A stretch of DNA of 64,000 nt from Mobula hypostoma (GCF_963921235.1 NC_086097.1:168518001-168582000), one strand, 5' to 3'. Counted from the stretch's first letter, positions 14,080-27,385 are shown. Numbers and translations are program-made. Notes: generated by a model from the sequence alone, not told the origin.

Positions 14080-14420
14080 GACGTGCAGCACAGAAACAAG
14101 TCCTTTGGTATACTGAGCTCATAGTGCCATCAAGCACGCGTCTACACTAATTCCACAATGATCCCATGTTATTCCCCAACATTCCCAATCAACTTTTCCC
14201 AGGTTCCACCACCATCCACACACAAGGGACTATTTACAGTGGACGATGATGCTATCAATCCTAATGACTTTCAGATGTGGGAAACTGAGCACTCAGTGGG
14301 AACCGCAGGGACAAGGTGCAGGCTCCACACAGCCAGCACCTGAGGTCACGATTGAACCCAGGTGAATGGATCCCCGAGGCAGCAGCTCTAACAACGGGAC
14401 CACTCTGCTGCCCTGATGTG
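14080..14420 (-). mobile_element. Decayed tRNA-derived SINE (V-SINE/HE1-like)
   Basis: Minus-strand head tagagctgctgcctc...ctgggttcaatc...gtgctggctgtgtggag. Confidence 0.55.
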
Positions 14421-16699
14421 CTTTCAAATTGTTGTCAGCGTTTTTCTCACATGTCGTTTAAGCACAGTATCAGGTATCATATAAAAATCAAGATAGTTTG
14501 AGTTAAATTATTGGTCACACTGTCACCAACCAAATAAAATGACAAATAGTCTTTGTTGGTAGTTATAAAATATAACCTCAAGTTCCATTCTCAGGTGTAA
14601 ACTTTACCAGGTTGAAATAGGAAATTCTACATCTTATGGATAAAGAAAATTTTAGATGGAACCTCTTTTGTCTTGGCTACAGCTACATGAATTCAGGACA
14701 ATATTACAGTGACAATCTTATTATAATTAGAGCCTACTATAGTTTTCTTTCATTTCCAACACAATCAACTAGAACTAATTTATTAGATAAGGATGTCATC
14801 TTTTTCAAAGACTAAAACAAAACTTTTGTGTTTTCTGATTTCCCATGAATTATAAGCTATTGACTGTTAGTGCACAGAGCAATACCATAGAGGCTTTCAC
14901 ACCAGTTCTAACTTTTAACAAGATCACAGTTGATCTGTCTGGCAGACAATTTTTGACAATCAAAAGTCCATCAGTTTCAAGCTTTAAAATCACAACAACC
15001 CAGCCATTAGTGGTGTTGTGTTCGAGGCTTCTCTGTGGGTATAAGTGCTTGCTATCTGCATTCCTGGAAGACCCAACTACAACAGGCTCCTTATTTCACA
15101 TCATGCAAGCAATGGAAACATTTCCCTGTTCTACCCAGTCTGTGCTAATCCAGAATGGATATTAATAGACACGAGTACCTGATATTCTGCCTGAATAGCC
15201 TATAATCCAACAGCATGAATATTGATTACCTAGAGTGCTGTTGATCCATTGCCGGATGGTGAGACGAGTTCGAGGACTTCTTAATTGATTATTGTGGACA
15301 CAAAGTGCTAAGTTGTCTCCAGTGTCATAAAGTTTCTCCAATTCAGTGTTTAAAGGAACTGGAAGATATTTTTATGCAATTATAATTTTCCTCTCAAGTT
15401 TTCTTTTGGAATGTCCTGGAGTTTAACATTCTAGAAACCTCAGGGTGAGGTCAATGTATCATCAGACTTCAGTAGTGAGAATTCTGATTCTCTCTCTTGC
15501 TCTCTCCATGGGTGAGAAAGTGAGACAGCATTTACCGAGTGTTGTGTTGTGCCTGTGTAATTAACACAAAGTGCTTGCATCCACCTTCCTTCACGTTCAG
15601 ATTGCTTGCCAAGAACAGAACACATCCTGTGCACTTCTGCCCAAACCTGCAATTCTGGTTTCCATTGTGGGTCTCTCCAATGTGCGAACGTATCAATTCA
15701 TTACACTGGAATCCAGGGAGCCAATGTGTGGACACGGCACGTTTCCATACAGAAATGCACAGGAGTGAGAGGAAATGATACAAGTTGAGGAATCACTCTT
15801 AAATCACATAGATACAAAATTCTTCGGAGTTCAGGCAGATGATTGTTGTTTCATTTTTTTTTGCCCACAATTAGGTGGGTGAGAGATAAGAGTCCAAATT
15901 CTGTGTGTTCCTGTAAGCTTCCAAAACATAATTTACAGTTGAACACCTCAAGTTCCAGCAGAAGTTGCAGTGAGCTAGCATGCAAGCATCAATTGATTAA
16001 GGAAGCAAACCGGACACTGACATCATCACTACAGCTGTACAGGACTTTGCTGAGACCATTTCTGAATTACTGCCAGAGTTTGTCTTCGAATTAAGGAAGG
16101 ATATACTTGCTTTTTAAATTAATGTACAGAAAGTTCACAAGGCTCACGTTCTTAACTCTCTTAACTCTTGTGGTTATTCCACGAGTGTCACTGCAATAAT
16201 TGTTTTTGCTCCACTTCAGGTTTCACTACAATCTTTCTACATTCTGTTATTTCGCTCTTGTTGCACTTACTGTTGTATCTATTATTGCCATGTATACTGT
16301 TTATTCTGTGAACAAGGAAATTCACTACACCTTGGTGTATCTGATAGTAAACTAATCTTACCACATCTAGATTAACTTCATGTATCTAAAGGGAAAAGGT
16401 TCAGATGCTAATGCTTTCTGGAATTTAGAAGAGTGGAAGACAATCTCATGGAAAAGTCCTGCATACTTAGGGGGCTGGACATGAAGTTGCTGAATGTAAT
16501 GGTCATCCATTTAAAGCCAGGACAAATTACTTCTCTCAACAAGTCGTGAATCTTTTGAATTTTCCACCCCTGAGAACAGTGGAGGGCAAATGATTGAGTG
16601 TGTTCAAGGTTAGGAGGTTGAGATTGATAGAACTTTAGTCTTTACTAGAATCAAGGGTGACTGAGAACACCTCCTCCAGCTCAAGATTCTCATGTTCTT

Positions 16700-17200
16700 A
16701 AGCTGACCTGGTTGCATCATGGCCTGGTATGAAAACTCACAGGAACACAAGAGGCTACTGAGAGTAGTAGAATTAGCCAGTTCAATCATGGGTACAGCTC
16801 TCTCCACCATGAGGGCATCTAAAAAGATGATGTCTCAGGAAGGTGACATCCAATCATTAAGAACTTCCACCAACTGGGCCGTGCCCTCTTCTCAGTGCTG
16901 CTATTAAGCAGGAGGTACAGGAGCCTGAAGACCCATGCCTCAAGGTCCAACAAAACCTACTTTGTCATTGAGATCTTGAACCAACCTGACAAAGCCTAGA
17001 ACTACCTTGGACTACACTTCTCTCAACCTGCACTAAAGTCATTATATTTACTTTTGTTTATTTTGGCATGAGAATTATGTATGATTTATGTTAATTTCAG
17101 TTTATGTTATTTATGTTAGTCATGTTTGTAATATACTATGCTGCAAAATGCTAATTTTGATGGCATTTATACCTTGTGTATATATGGCTACAACAATAAC
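16700..17200 (+). mobile_element. Rex1/Babar-like 3' fragment
   Basis: AWYEN...KRLLRVVELASSIMGTAL; AT-rich 3'UTR. Confidence 0.65.
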
Positions 17201-17600
17201 TTGACTTATGTATTATATTTAAAAGATTAAACCTTTTCTATTAACCTTGTCAAAAATGAAAATGAATTTCAGGATAACAAAATCTGAACAACAGGTATAG
17301 AAAAAAATTGAAGTAATAATTCCAATTTTATGTCCATCTAAAACCAAGATGTTAAAAATGAACAGGATATGGTTTGTGTCCTGCCCTAGAGCATAGAAAG
17401 CAAACCAATTTAAAAATAAAAATTGATTGAAATTGGGCATGATTTCTAAGTAGCAAAGAGAAATAGAATAGCTAATCAGATAGTTAGCCCGCCAACATAT
17501 AGAGCAAAGATCTTGCAATTTAATTTGCTGTTGTCTGCGAGGAAAGCAAGAAAGATTTAGTTGGTTTGAAAAAGCATTTAAAGAGAGCAAAGTTGCAAAC

Positions 17601-17774
17601 CTTTGGTCTCTTCCACCTGCTGGTAATGACTCCCTCACACAGTAAATACACCGCCCCAATGATGCCAAACAACGCAGCTTCCACAGGGTAAGAGTTAAGC
17701 ATGGAGGCTGCTTGAATGGTTGGAAAAAACGGTTGGAGATTCCTCCGAGGTAATAAACTGCTTAGCCTGGACAC
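17601..17774 (-). CDS. SPIRE1: SPIRE1 alternative exon 13/ExonC (mitochondrial outer-membrane anchor), 174 nt, VSRLSSLLPRRNLQPFFPTIQAASMLNSYPVEAALFGIIGAVYLLCEGVITSRWKRPK
   Basis: gtccag|GTG...AAG|gtttgc, phase 0/0, 58 codons, no stop; hydrophobic segment followed by basic RWKRPK; colinear with recalled human ExonC. Confidence 0.93.
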
Positions 17775-18504
17775 CTGGACAACAGATAAATGGTTACAAG
17801 GAAGGTCTGCATGGGCATTCTTGATCAGAGCCACGGTTTCTGGCCTTAGCCACAGCCAGACACTTTCAGTAACAACAGACGACAGACTCGGCAACCTGGG
17901 CTAACATTTCCTTCCAAATATAGATGATCCTGTGAGTAGGGGAAAAGGTGGATAGTAGTCAGGGGCTTGAGGTGGATAGTAGTCAGGGGCTTGGATCAGT
18001 CACCCAGAGAGGAAAAGGCCATCAATTTGTTACGGGCCTCTGCTGCCATTTGGGTGCCCACTAAGATTGCACTGAGATCCTACAGGGCAGCAAGAGACTC
18101 CCCTGTTCATCAACATTTGAGTTATACAGCCAAGAAACAGGCCCTTCAGCCCAATTCATCCATGATGAACAAGGTGCCTTTCTAAGCTAGTCCCATTTGA
18201 CGGAGTTCTGCTCATAGGCCTCTGAACATCTCCTTTCCATGAACCTGTCCAAGTGCCTTTTAAATGTAATTGCACCTCTATCACTTTCCCTGGCAACCCT
18301 TTCCATTCAGCAAACACTGTTTGTGAGATAAATTTTGCCCTTCAGATCTCTTTTCAATCTTCCTCCTCTCCCCTGAAACTTCCACTGCATCTATACCTCT
18401 TATGATTTTATACTGTACACCTCTAAAAGATCATCCTCCAGCCTTCAGGAGAAACACTCCCAGCATTGCCTCTCCAGTCCCAGCAACCTTCTTGTGAATC
18501 CTGA

Positions 18505-19265
18505 GCAACACCCACGAAACGCTGGAGGTCTGGCAGCATCTATAGGTGGGAATAAATATCCCACATTTTGGGCTGAGACCCTTCATCAGGACTGGACAGG
18601 AAGGGAAAAGATGCCAGAATAAGACGGTGGGGGAGGGGTAAGTACAGACTAGAAGGTGATAGTTAAAAACAGGAGAGGGGGAATGTTGGTGAGTGGGGGA
18701 GTGGGGATGAAGTAAAAATCTGGGAGGGAAGAGGTAAAGGGCTGAAGAAGAAATCTTATAGGAAAGGACAGTGGACCATGGAAGGAAGGGAAGGAGGAGG
18801 GGAACCCAATGGAGATGATGGGCAAGAGAGGAGAAAAGGAATGACAGGGTAACCAAGAAGGGGAATGGAAAGGATGAGAGATGGAAGAAATTACTGGGAT
18901 TCAGAGGAGTTGATGTACGTGCCATCAGGTTGGACGCTACTGAGACGGAATAAAAGGTGATGCTCCTCCAACCCGAGTTTAGTCTCATCATGCCAGTAGA
19001 GGAGGCCATGGACAGATATATTAGAGTGGGAATAGAAAGTCAAATTGAAATTGGTAGCCATTGGGAGACCCTGCCTGCTGCAGACAGAGTGAAGGTGTTC
19101 ATCAATGTGGCTCCCCCAATCTACATCAGGTCTTACCGAAGTAGAGGAGGCTGCATCAGACACAGTGGATGACCCTGACGGACTCGCAGGTGAAGTGTCA
19201 CCTCACTTGGACAGACTGATTGGGGCCCTGAATGATGCTGAGAAAGAAAGTGTAGGTACAGGAGA
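18505..19265 (-). mobile_element. Penelope-like element fragment
   Basis: EHLHSVC...PMATNFN...HGLLY...LEEHHLLFRLSSVQPDG; same terminal motif as other copies. Confidence 0.8.
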
Positions 19266-19667
19266 GCCTTTTCTGCACCATCTCTTGCTTAATCACATGC
19301 TTACCACAGTGCAGTAGCCTCATTAAATTATATTGTTAATGAAATTGAGCTTGTGAGAAAAAATGAGGAAATGTTGTTTCCAAGGCTGATGTGCCTGGAA
19401 CCAGGGATTTAGTCAAAATCAGAATCAGTTTTATTATCTCTGACATATGATGTGCAATTGGTTGTTTTTATGGCAGCAGTACAGTGGAAGACAAACAAAA
19501 AAATGCAAAAAAGAAATAGTGAGGTAACAAATCGTAAATACAAGAGATTTTGCAGATGCTAGAAATCCACAGCAACACACACAAAATGCTGTAGGAACTC
19601 AGGAGGTCAGGCAGCATCTATGGAAATGAATAAACAGTCAACATTTCAGGCAGAGAACCATCTTCAA

Positions 19668-22280
19668 TCAGAATCAGAATCACTGTTTATTATCACTGGC
19701 ATGTGACATGAAATTTGTTAACTTAACAGCAGCAGTTCAATGCAATACACAATCTAGCAGAGAGAAAAAAAATAAAATAAAAAAATAAACAAGCGTATCA
19801 ATTACATATATTGAATAGATTTAAAAACATGCAAAAACAGAAATACTGTATATTAGAAAAAAGTGAGGTAGTGTCCAAAGATTCAATGTCCATTTAGGAA
19901 TTGGATGGCAGAGGGGAAGAAGCTGTTCCTGAATTGCTGAGTGTGTGCCTTCAGGCGTCTGTATCTCCTACCCGATGGTAACAGTGAGTAAAGGGCATGC
20001 CCTGGGTGCTGGAGGTCCTTAATAACGGACGCTGCCTTTCTGAAACACCACTTCTAAAGATGTCCTGGGTACTTTGTAGGCTAGTACCCAAGATGGAGCT
20101 GACTAGATTTACAACCTTCTGCAGCTTCTTTCGGTCCTGTGCAGTAGCCCCTCCATACCAGACAGTGATGCAGCCTGTCAGAATGCTCTCCACGGTACAA
20201 CTATATAAGTTTTTGAGTGTATTTGTTGACATACCAAATCTCTTCAAACTCCTAATAAAGTATAGCTGCTGTTTTGCCTTCTTTATGACTACATCGATAT
20301 GTTGGGACCAGGTTAGATCCTCAGATGTCTTGACACCCAGGAACTTGAAGCTGCTCACTCTCTCCACTTCTGATCCCTCTGAGGATTGGTATGTGTTCCT
20401 TCGTCTTACCCTTCCTGAAGTCCACAATCAGCTCTTTCGTCTTACTGATGTTGAGTGCCAGGTTGTTGCTGCAGCACCACTCCACTAGTTGGCATATCTC
20501 ACTCCTGTACGCCCTCTCATCACCACCTGAGATTCTACCAACAATGGTTGTATCGTCAGCAAATTTATAGATGGTATTTGAGCTATGCCTAGCCACACAG
20601 TCATGTATATACAGAGAGTAGAACAGTGGGCTAAGCACACATCCCTGAGGTGCACTAGTGTTGATCGTCAGCGAGGAGGATATGTTATCACCAATCCGCA
20701 CAGGTTGTGGAGTTAGGAAGTCGAGGATCCAATTGCAGAGGGAGGTACAGAGGCCCAGGTTCTGCAACTTCTTAGTCAGGATTGTGGGAATGATGGTATT
20801 AAATGCTGAGCTATAGATGTAGGTGTCTGTGTTGTCCAGGTGGTCTAAAGCCGTGTGGAGAGCCATTGAGATTGCGTCTGCCTTTGACCTATTGTGGCGA
20901 TAGGCAAATTGTAACGGGCTTAGGTCCTTGCTGAGGCAGGAGTTCAGTCTAGTCATGACCAACCTCTCAAAGCATTTCATCACTGTAGATGTGAGTGCTA
21001 CCGGGCGATAGTCATTAAGGCAGCACACATTATTCTTCTTAGGCACTGGTATAATTTTTGCCTTTTTGAAGCAAGTGGAAACTTCTGCCCGTAGCAGTGA
21101 TAGGTTGAAAATATCCTTGAATACTCCCACTAATTGGTCCGCACAGGTTTTCAGAGCCTTACCAGGTACTCCATTGGGACCTTCCGCCTTGCGAGGGCTC
21201 ACTCTCTTTAAAGACAGTCTAACATTGGCCTCTGAAATGGAGATCACAGGGTCATCAGCTGCAACAGGGATATTCACAGCTGTAGTTGTGTTCTCCATTT
21301 CAAAGCTTGCATAGAAGGCGTTGAGTTCATCTGGTAGTGAAGCATCGCTGCCATTCATGGGTTTCGCTTTGTAGCAAGTAATGTCTTGCACACTCTGCCA
21401 GAGTTGCTGTGCATCTGATGTCGCCTCCAACCTAATTCGAAATTGTCTCTTCACCCTTGAAATAGCCCTCCGCAAACCATACCTGATTTTCTGGTACAGG
21501 CCTGGGTTGCCAGACTTGAATGCCACAGATCTAGCCTTCAGCAGACGAAGTACCTCCTGGTTCATCCACAGCTTTTGGTTTGGGAATGTACAGTAAGTCC
21601 TTGTAGGCACACACTCATCCACACAGGTTTTAATGTAGTCAGTAACAACTGCAGCATACTCATCCAGGTTCGAAGATGAATCCTTGAATACAGTCCAGTC
21701 CACCGATTTAAATCAGTCCTGTAGGTGCTCCTGTGCTTCCCTTGTCCATACCTTCTTGGTCCTCACTGCTGGTGCTGCAGTCTTCAGTCTCTGCCTATAC
21801 TCAGGGAGTAGAAGTACAGCCAGGTGATCAGACTTCCCGAGGTGAGGGCATGGAAAAGCACGGTAGGCATTCTTGACGGTGGTGTAGCAATGGTCCAGTG
21901 TGTTGTTTCCTCTGGTATTGCAAATGATCTGTTGATGGTAATTGCTTAGTGATTTTTTTCAGACTGGCCTCGTTAAAATCTCCCAAAATGATGAAGATGT
22001 TAGGGTGCGCTGTTTTGTGCATGTTGATCCCATTACTCAGATCATCTAAAGCCTGCTTGACGTTGGCCTGAGGTAGAATGTAAACTGCTACCAAAGTGAC
22101 GCCAGAGAACTCCTGTGGTAGGTAAAAAGGATGGCACTTTACTGCTAGATATTCCAGGTCTGGTGAGCAGAGTTGGGACAGCACTGATATATTTGTGCAC
22201 TAAGAGGAGTTGATCATGAGGCATACTCCTCCACCTCTGCTTTTGAGAGGCTCTGTAGATCTATCCTGACGGTGTATAGT
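19668..22280 (-). mobile_element. Rex1/Babar-like LINE, about 2.6 kb, with 460-aa ORF fragment (RT) and frameshifts
   Basis: [38 protein letters not shown]; (TTCTGA)n 3' tail. Confidence 0.92.
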
Positions 22281-23167
22281 AAACTGGGAGAGAAAGGGGA
22301 AGATGCCAGAATTAAAAAGTGGGGGGAAAGGAAGAAGGATTAGCTAAAAGGTGATAGGTGAAGCCAGGTGGGTAGGAAAGTTAAACAGCTAGAGAAGAAG
22401 GAATCTGATTGGAGAGGAGAGTGGATCATGGGGAAAAAGGGAGGAAGGAGGTGCACCAGGGGTATGCGATAGGCAAATGAAAAGAAGACGTAAGGGGCCA
22501 GAGTGGGGAATAGAAGAAGAGGGAAAGGGGAGGGGAAAAATGATAATAAACACACATTATTATCGATGAGGAAAAATCGATGTTCATGCCATCAGGTTGG
22601 AGGCTGCTTACGCAGAATATGAGGTGTTGCTCCTCATCGAAAGTGGCCTCCTCCAGGCAAAGGAGGTGGCTGTGGACCGAAATGTTGGAACAGGACTGGG
22701 GATAGGAATTAAAATGGTTGGCCACTGGGAAATTCCACTTCTTGCAGATGGAGAGGAGGTGCTCTACAAAGTGGTTCCTCAATGTACGTTGGGTCTCGCC
22801 AATGTACAGGTGGCTTCGTGGGGAGCACTGGATACAATAGACAACTGGAGGGGATTTGCAGGTGAAGTGTTACTTCACCCGGAAGGACTGTTTGGGGCCT
22901 TTAATGGTGGTAAGGGAAGTGAATGGGCAGGTGTTGCTTGCGGGGATAAGTGCCTGAAGGGAGACCAGTGGGGAAGGACAAATGGACAAGCAATCATGAA
23001 GGGAGCAATCCCTGCAGAAAGGGGAGAGTACGGGGGAGGGAATGATGTGTGTGGTGGTAGGATCCCATTGAACATGGTGGAAGTTATACATGGTGAATGA
23101 CGTGTCAGATGCGGAGGCACATGCGGTGGTAGTTGAGGACAAGAGGAAAACTATCTCTGTTCAGGTC

Positions 23168-23940
23168 GAGGGATCAGAGGTGGAGGAGTCAGCAACTTTA
23201 AATTCCTCTGTGTTATCATTTCAGAGCACCTGTCCTGGATCCTGCACAAAAATGCAATTATGAAAAAAGACAACAGTGCCTCTAGTTCCTTAGAAGTTTG
23301 TGAAGATTTGGCATGACATCTAAAGCTTTAGGTGTGTGGTGAAGAGTATATTCAATGGCTGTATCACTGTCTGGTATGGAAACACTGATGCCCTTGATTG
23401 GAAAATCCTACAAAGAGGAGTGGATTCGACCCAGTCCATCACGGGTAAAGTCCTCCCCATCACCGAGCACATCTACACGGAGCACTGTCCCAGGGAAGCA
23501 GCATCAGGGATCGCTACCACCCAGATCACGCTCTCCTATCGCTACTGCCACCAGGAAGGTACAGGAGCCTCAGGACTCACACCACCAGGCTCAGGTACAG
23601 TTATTACCCCTCAACCATCAGACCCGTAAACCACAGGGGATCAACTTCACTTACCCCATCACTGAACTGTTCCCACAACCTAAGGACTCACTTCCAAGGA
23701 CTCTTCATCGCGTGTTCTCAATATTTATTGCTTACTTACTATTACTGCTTAATTTTTTCATCTTTTGTATTTGCAGAGTTTGTTGTCTTTTGCACACTGG
23801 TTGTCTGCCCTGTTGAATGCAGTCTTTAAATGATTCTATTAAGGCTACTGGATTTACTGAGTATGCCCACAAGGAAATGAATCTCAGGTTTGTACATGGT
23901 GATACACAAGTACATTGATAATAAATCTACTTTGAACTTA
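23168..23940 (+). mobile_element. Rex1/Babar-like 3' fragment nested in the Penelope element
   Basis: GCITVWYGN...LQR.VDSTQSITG; tail aataaatctactttgaactt. Confidence 0.85.
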
Positions 23941-25244
23941 GAAAATTTTTTGAACTTTTATCTCTGATGTCCTGGAAAGGAAAGCCTCATCCCGGGAACA
24001 GATGCAGCACAGGTGAAGGAACTGAGAAAAAGGAATAGCATATTTGCAGGAGACAGGATTGGAAGAGGAAGGTCAAGATAAGAAAGGCCAAGAGGACAGG
24101 AAGTCATGATAGCCGTGGGATTCGGTACATTTGTAAAAGATGTCAGCAGACAGTTTGTCTCCAGAGATGGAGACAGTGTGATCAAGAAAGGGGGAGAGGT
24201 ATCAGAAATGGACCAAGTGAACTTAACTGAGAATGGAAGTTGGAGGCGAAATTCAAGAGCACAGCACGGGTGCATGAAGCAGCACCAATGCAGTCGTCAA
24301 TGTAGTGCAGGAGGAGTTTAGGAGCTTTACCAGGAAAGACTTGGAACATGGACTGTTCTACGTAGCCAACAAAAAGGCAAGCATAGCTGGGGCCCATACG
24401 GATACCCATGACTACCCCGAGTGCAGAGAAAGTGGGGGGATCTGAAAGGGAAATTGTTGAGGTGAGGGTCATTTCTGCCAGACAGAGGAGGTTTGTGATA
24501 GAAGGAAACTGGCCAGGTCTTTTGTTGAGGAAGAACCTTTAAGACCTTCTTGATGGGAGATAGAAGTGTGGTAGCGAGGTAACTTTACAATAATTTGGAG
24601 GGATTGGCAATTCAAGAGAAGAGAAAGAATCCTTCACCTGAATGGATGGCTGATGGCCCAAGCAGTGAGAAGTTTTTGAGAAAGATTTCAGTGGATTTTC
24701 GGCTGGAGAACCAAGGTAGTGTTAGTGTAGGAAGGCAGACCACTCACTTTAACATATCACTTCTCCAGTTTATACTGAGTGAACTGATCATGCTTTGTCA
24801 AAATGCAAAGTCCATATCCAGATAATTTACATTATTCCATTATTGATTTGACCCTGGGATTGTAGCACATTGCAAATTTTGCTCATGACACTTAAAGAGG
24901 GAACTTCAGAAGTATTTGTCGAGGTAGAACACCAAAGTAAAATGGCAAAGGACAGGAAAGTAGGATTAAATGATCTCCAGTGAATCCAACAGTGACACAG
25001 ATAAAAATTTCCCATAGTATTACATCATTTCAATTGGGCTGTAATGCAAAAGGAAAATGGTCTTGGTTTAATACAGTGAGTTAAGCCTTTAACTATTGTC
25101 CAAGTTATCCTGGACACAGTAAGCCCCAACCAACTGAAACCAAGCCATCTCAACAGAACTTTTATTTTGAAACCCGCTCACATTTCAGACCTTCCCTAGT
25201 ATATTGGATTGGTGGGATGTCCACCACGATTATCCTTCACTTAC

Positions 25245-25387
25245 CAGAGACTTGGAACTCTGTCTAGTGGGAGGAAGGAACTGACGTACATTGGTTGGCG
25301 TTTCCTTCTCAATAGAGTGCCGTCTTTGCGGAGCTTTCCGCCGCTCAGGCTGTGGTGTTGAGGAGATGGGTAGGAACATTGGAGGAC
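25245..25387 (-). CDS. SPIRE1: SPIRE1 exon (about exon 12), 143 nt, (S)[47 protein letters not shown]
   Basis: cctcag|GT...CTG|gtaagt, phase 1/0; highly conserved SPIRE1 peptide. Confidence 0.96.
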
Positions 25388-26039
25388 CTGAGGATATGAA
25401 GCAGAGTAAAAATGTCACCAGTTTTCTGTTTCTGAACTACCCCTCCCATCCACCAGGCAACGGTGAGGTGTGAAAGTCCAAACTAACAAAACAGCAGCTT
25501 TAGTCCCATTCAGATCTGAAAGTTGGTCTCCTATCCCTCAGTAGGCAAGACACTGATCTTGTGACCTGTGAAATGGCTGGTGAGAAGGCCCAGAGGTTAG
25601 ACATAATTATTGAGAGACATAAATTCAAATCCTACGATTAAAGTTGGAGAAGCTAAATTCAATGAAATATAATCTGCTTTCCCACAACCATTAGGTTCTT
25701 GAACCAATCTGCACAACTAACGCTTTCTCTGCAATGGAACACCACAGACCACCTCTGTATTACCAATGGGCATTGGTAATACAAAATACTGCAAGTCTGA
25801 TTCATTGGCAAGACCAATGGCAGGGGGGCTGTGTGGGAGAAAACGGAGGCTTGTGGAGGGTGCACAAGAATCCTTTCTGCCCCCTGCAGGCTGACTCTCC
25901 AGTAAAGTGCTTGCACCTTGGAAGACCAGCTTGATTGCTTTTGTCTGCACTGTAGGAGATGAGGACCTGCTGTGTGCTTGCTCTTGTAGAATTGTAGCTC
26001 CAGGACAACATTCCATGCACCATCAATCTTCAAGCTAAG

Positions 26040-27385
26040 CCTCTCAGGAACTTGTGCTAATATTAGGGAGAATCAGCATAGCTTTGTTCGGAGCAAGTTA
26101 TGTCTTTAGAATCAGCATAGCTTTGTTCAGAGCAAGTTATGTCTTTATAACTTGATTTTTCTGACAAGGTGACAAGGTGACAAGGGTGATTGATGAAGGT
26201 AGAGCTGAGGATGTTGTTTACAGGGATTTTAGTAAGGCATTTGACAAGTCCCCTCATGGGAGGCTCATCCATAAAATGAATGGGATCTATGGTGAATTGG
26301 CTGTTTGGATTTAGAACAGGCTTGCTCATAGAAAACAGAGGGTAGTGGTTGAAGGGACTTATTCTAGCTGGAGATCTGTCAGTAGTGGTCTTCTGCAGGG
26401 ATCTGTACTGGGACCACTGTGTTTGTGATGTATATAATGGGTGAAAATGTAGTTGTGTGGATTAGTAAGTTTGCAGCTGATACAAAGATTGGTGGTGTAG
26501 TGGATAATGTAGAAGACTGACAAAGAGTACAACAGGATATGGATCCCATGCAGATATGGACAGAGAGAAGGTAGATGGAGTTTAACCTGGCCAAATGTGA
26601 AGCGTTGGCAACTTGGTAGGTCAAATGCAAAGAGGTAGAATACTGTTAAAGGCAAAACCCTTAAGTGTTGATGAGCAGAGGAATCTTGGGGACCGAGTTC
26701 ACAGCTCTATGAAGGTGCCTACACAGGTTGACAGTGTAGTTAAGAGGCACATGGCATGCTTGACTACGGATTGAGGCATTGATCAAAAGTCAGGAAGTCA
26801 TACTGCAGCTTTATAAAACTCTAGTTAGGCCGCATCAGAAATATTATGTACATTTCTGGTTGCCCCATTGTAGGAAGGCTGTTGAGGCTTTGCTGAGGAC
26901 GCAGAAGTGGTTTAACAGGATGTTGTCTGGATCACAGGGCATGTGCTATTATGAGAGGCTAGAAAAAAACTTGGATTGTTTTCTCTGGAGCGGCAGAGGC
27001 TGAGGAGAGATCTGATAGAGGTTTATAAGATTATGAGAGGCAGAGACAAAGTAGACAGACAATATCTTTTCCCAAGGGTTGAAATGTCCAATACTAGACA
27101 GCATGCATTTAAGGTGAGAGAGGGTAATTTCAAATGAGATATGAGGGGCAAGTTTTTACAGAGAGTGGTGGGAGCCTGGAATGGTGATAGAGGCAGAAAC
27201 TTTAGAGACTTTTTAAGAGATATTTAGGTAGGCACATGACTGTGAGTAAAAATGGAAGGATATGGACATTGTGCAGGGAGAAAAAGATTAGTTAGCCATT
27301 TGATTACTAACTTAATTGATTCGACATAACATTGTGAGCTGAAGGCCCTTTTCCTGCGCTGTGCTGATCTATGTTTTATGTTCTA
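26040..27385 (+). mobile_element. Decayed CR1 LINE (RT to 3' end) with an internal 39-bp tandem duplication
   Basis: LQLYKTLVRPHQKYYVHFWLPHCRK; degenerate SKFAADTK; duplication at about 26069-26146. Confidence 0.85.

Larger units (their letters stand above)
19538..24570 (-). mobile_element. Penelope-like element split by two Rex-type insertions
   Basis: RT motifs GVVMGIRMGPSYACLFVGYVEQ...YIDD (24182-24472), GIY-YIG region (22426-22782), terminus at 19538-19665. Confidence 0.85.

Noticed and set aside
20321..21703. 460-aa ORF as a host gene or active retroelement
   Set aside because: It is a Rex1/Babar ORF2 fragment with a deletion in the RT region, frameshifts at both ends and a truncated 5' end
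25717..26016. ORF containing EQAHSRSSSPTV as the Ser-rich SPIRE1 exon 11
   Set aside because: No in-phase AG acceptor; the exon at 29547-29637 fits length, phase and splice sites
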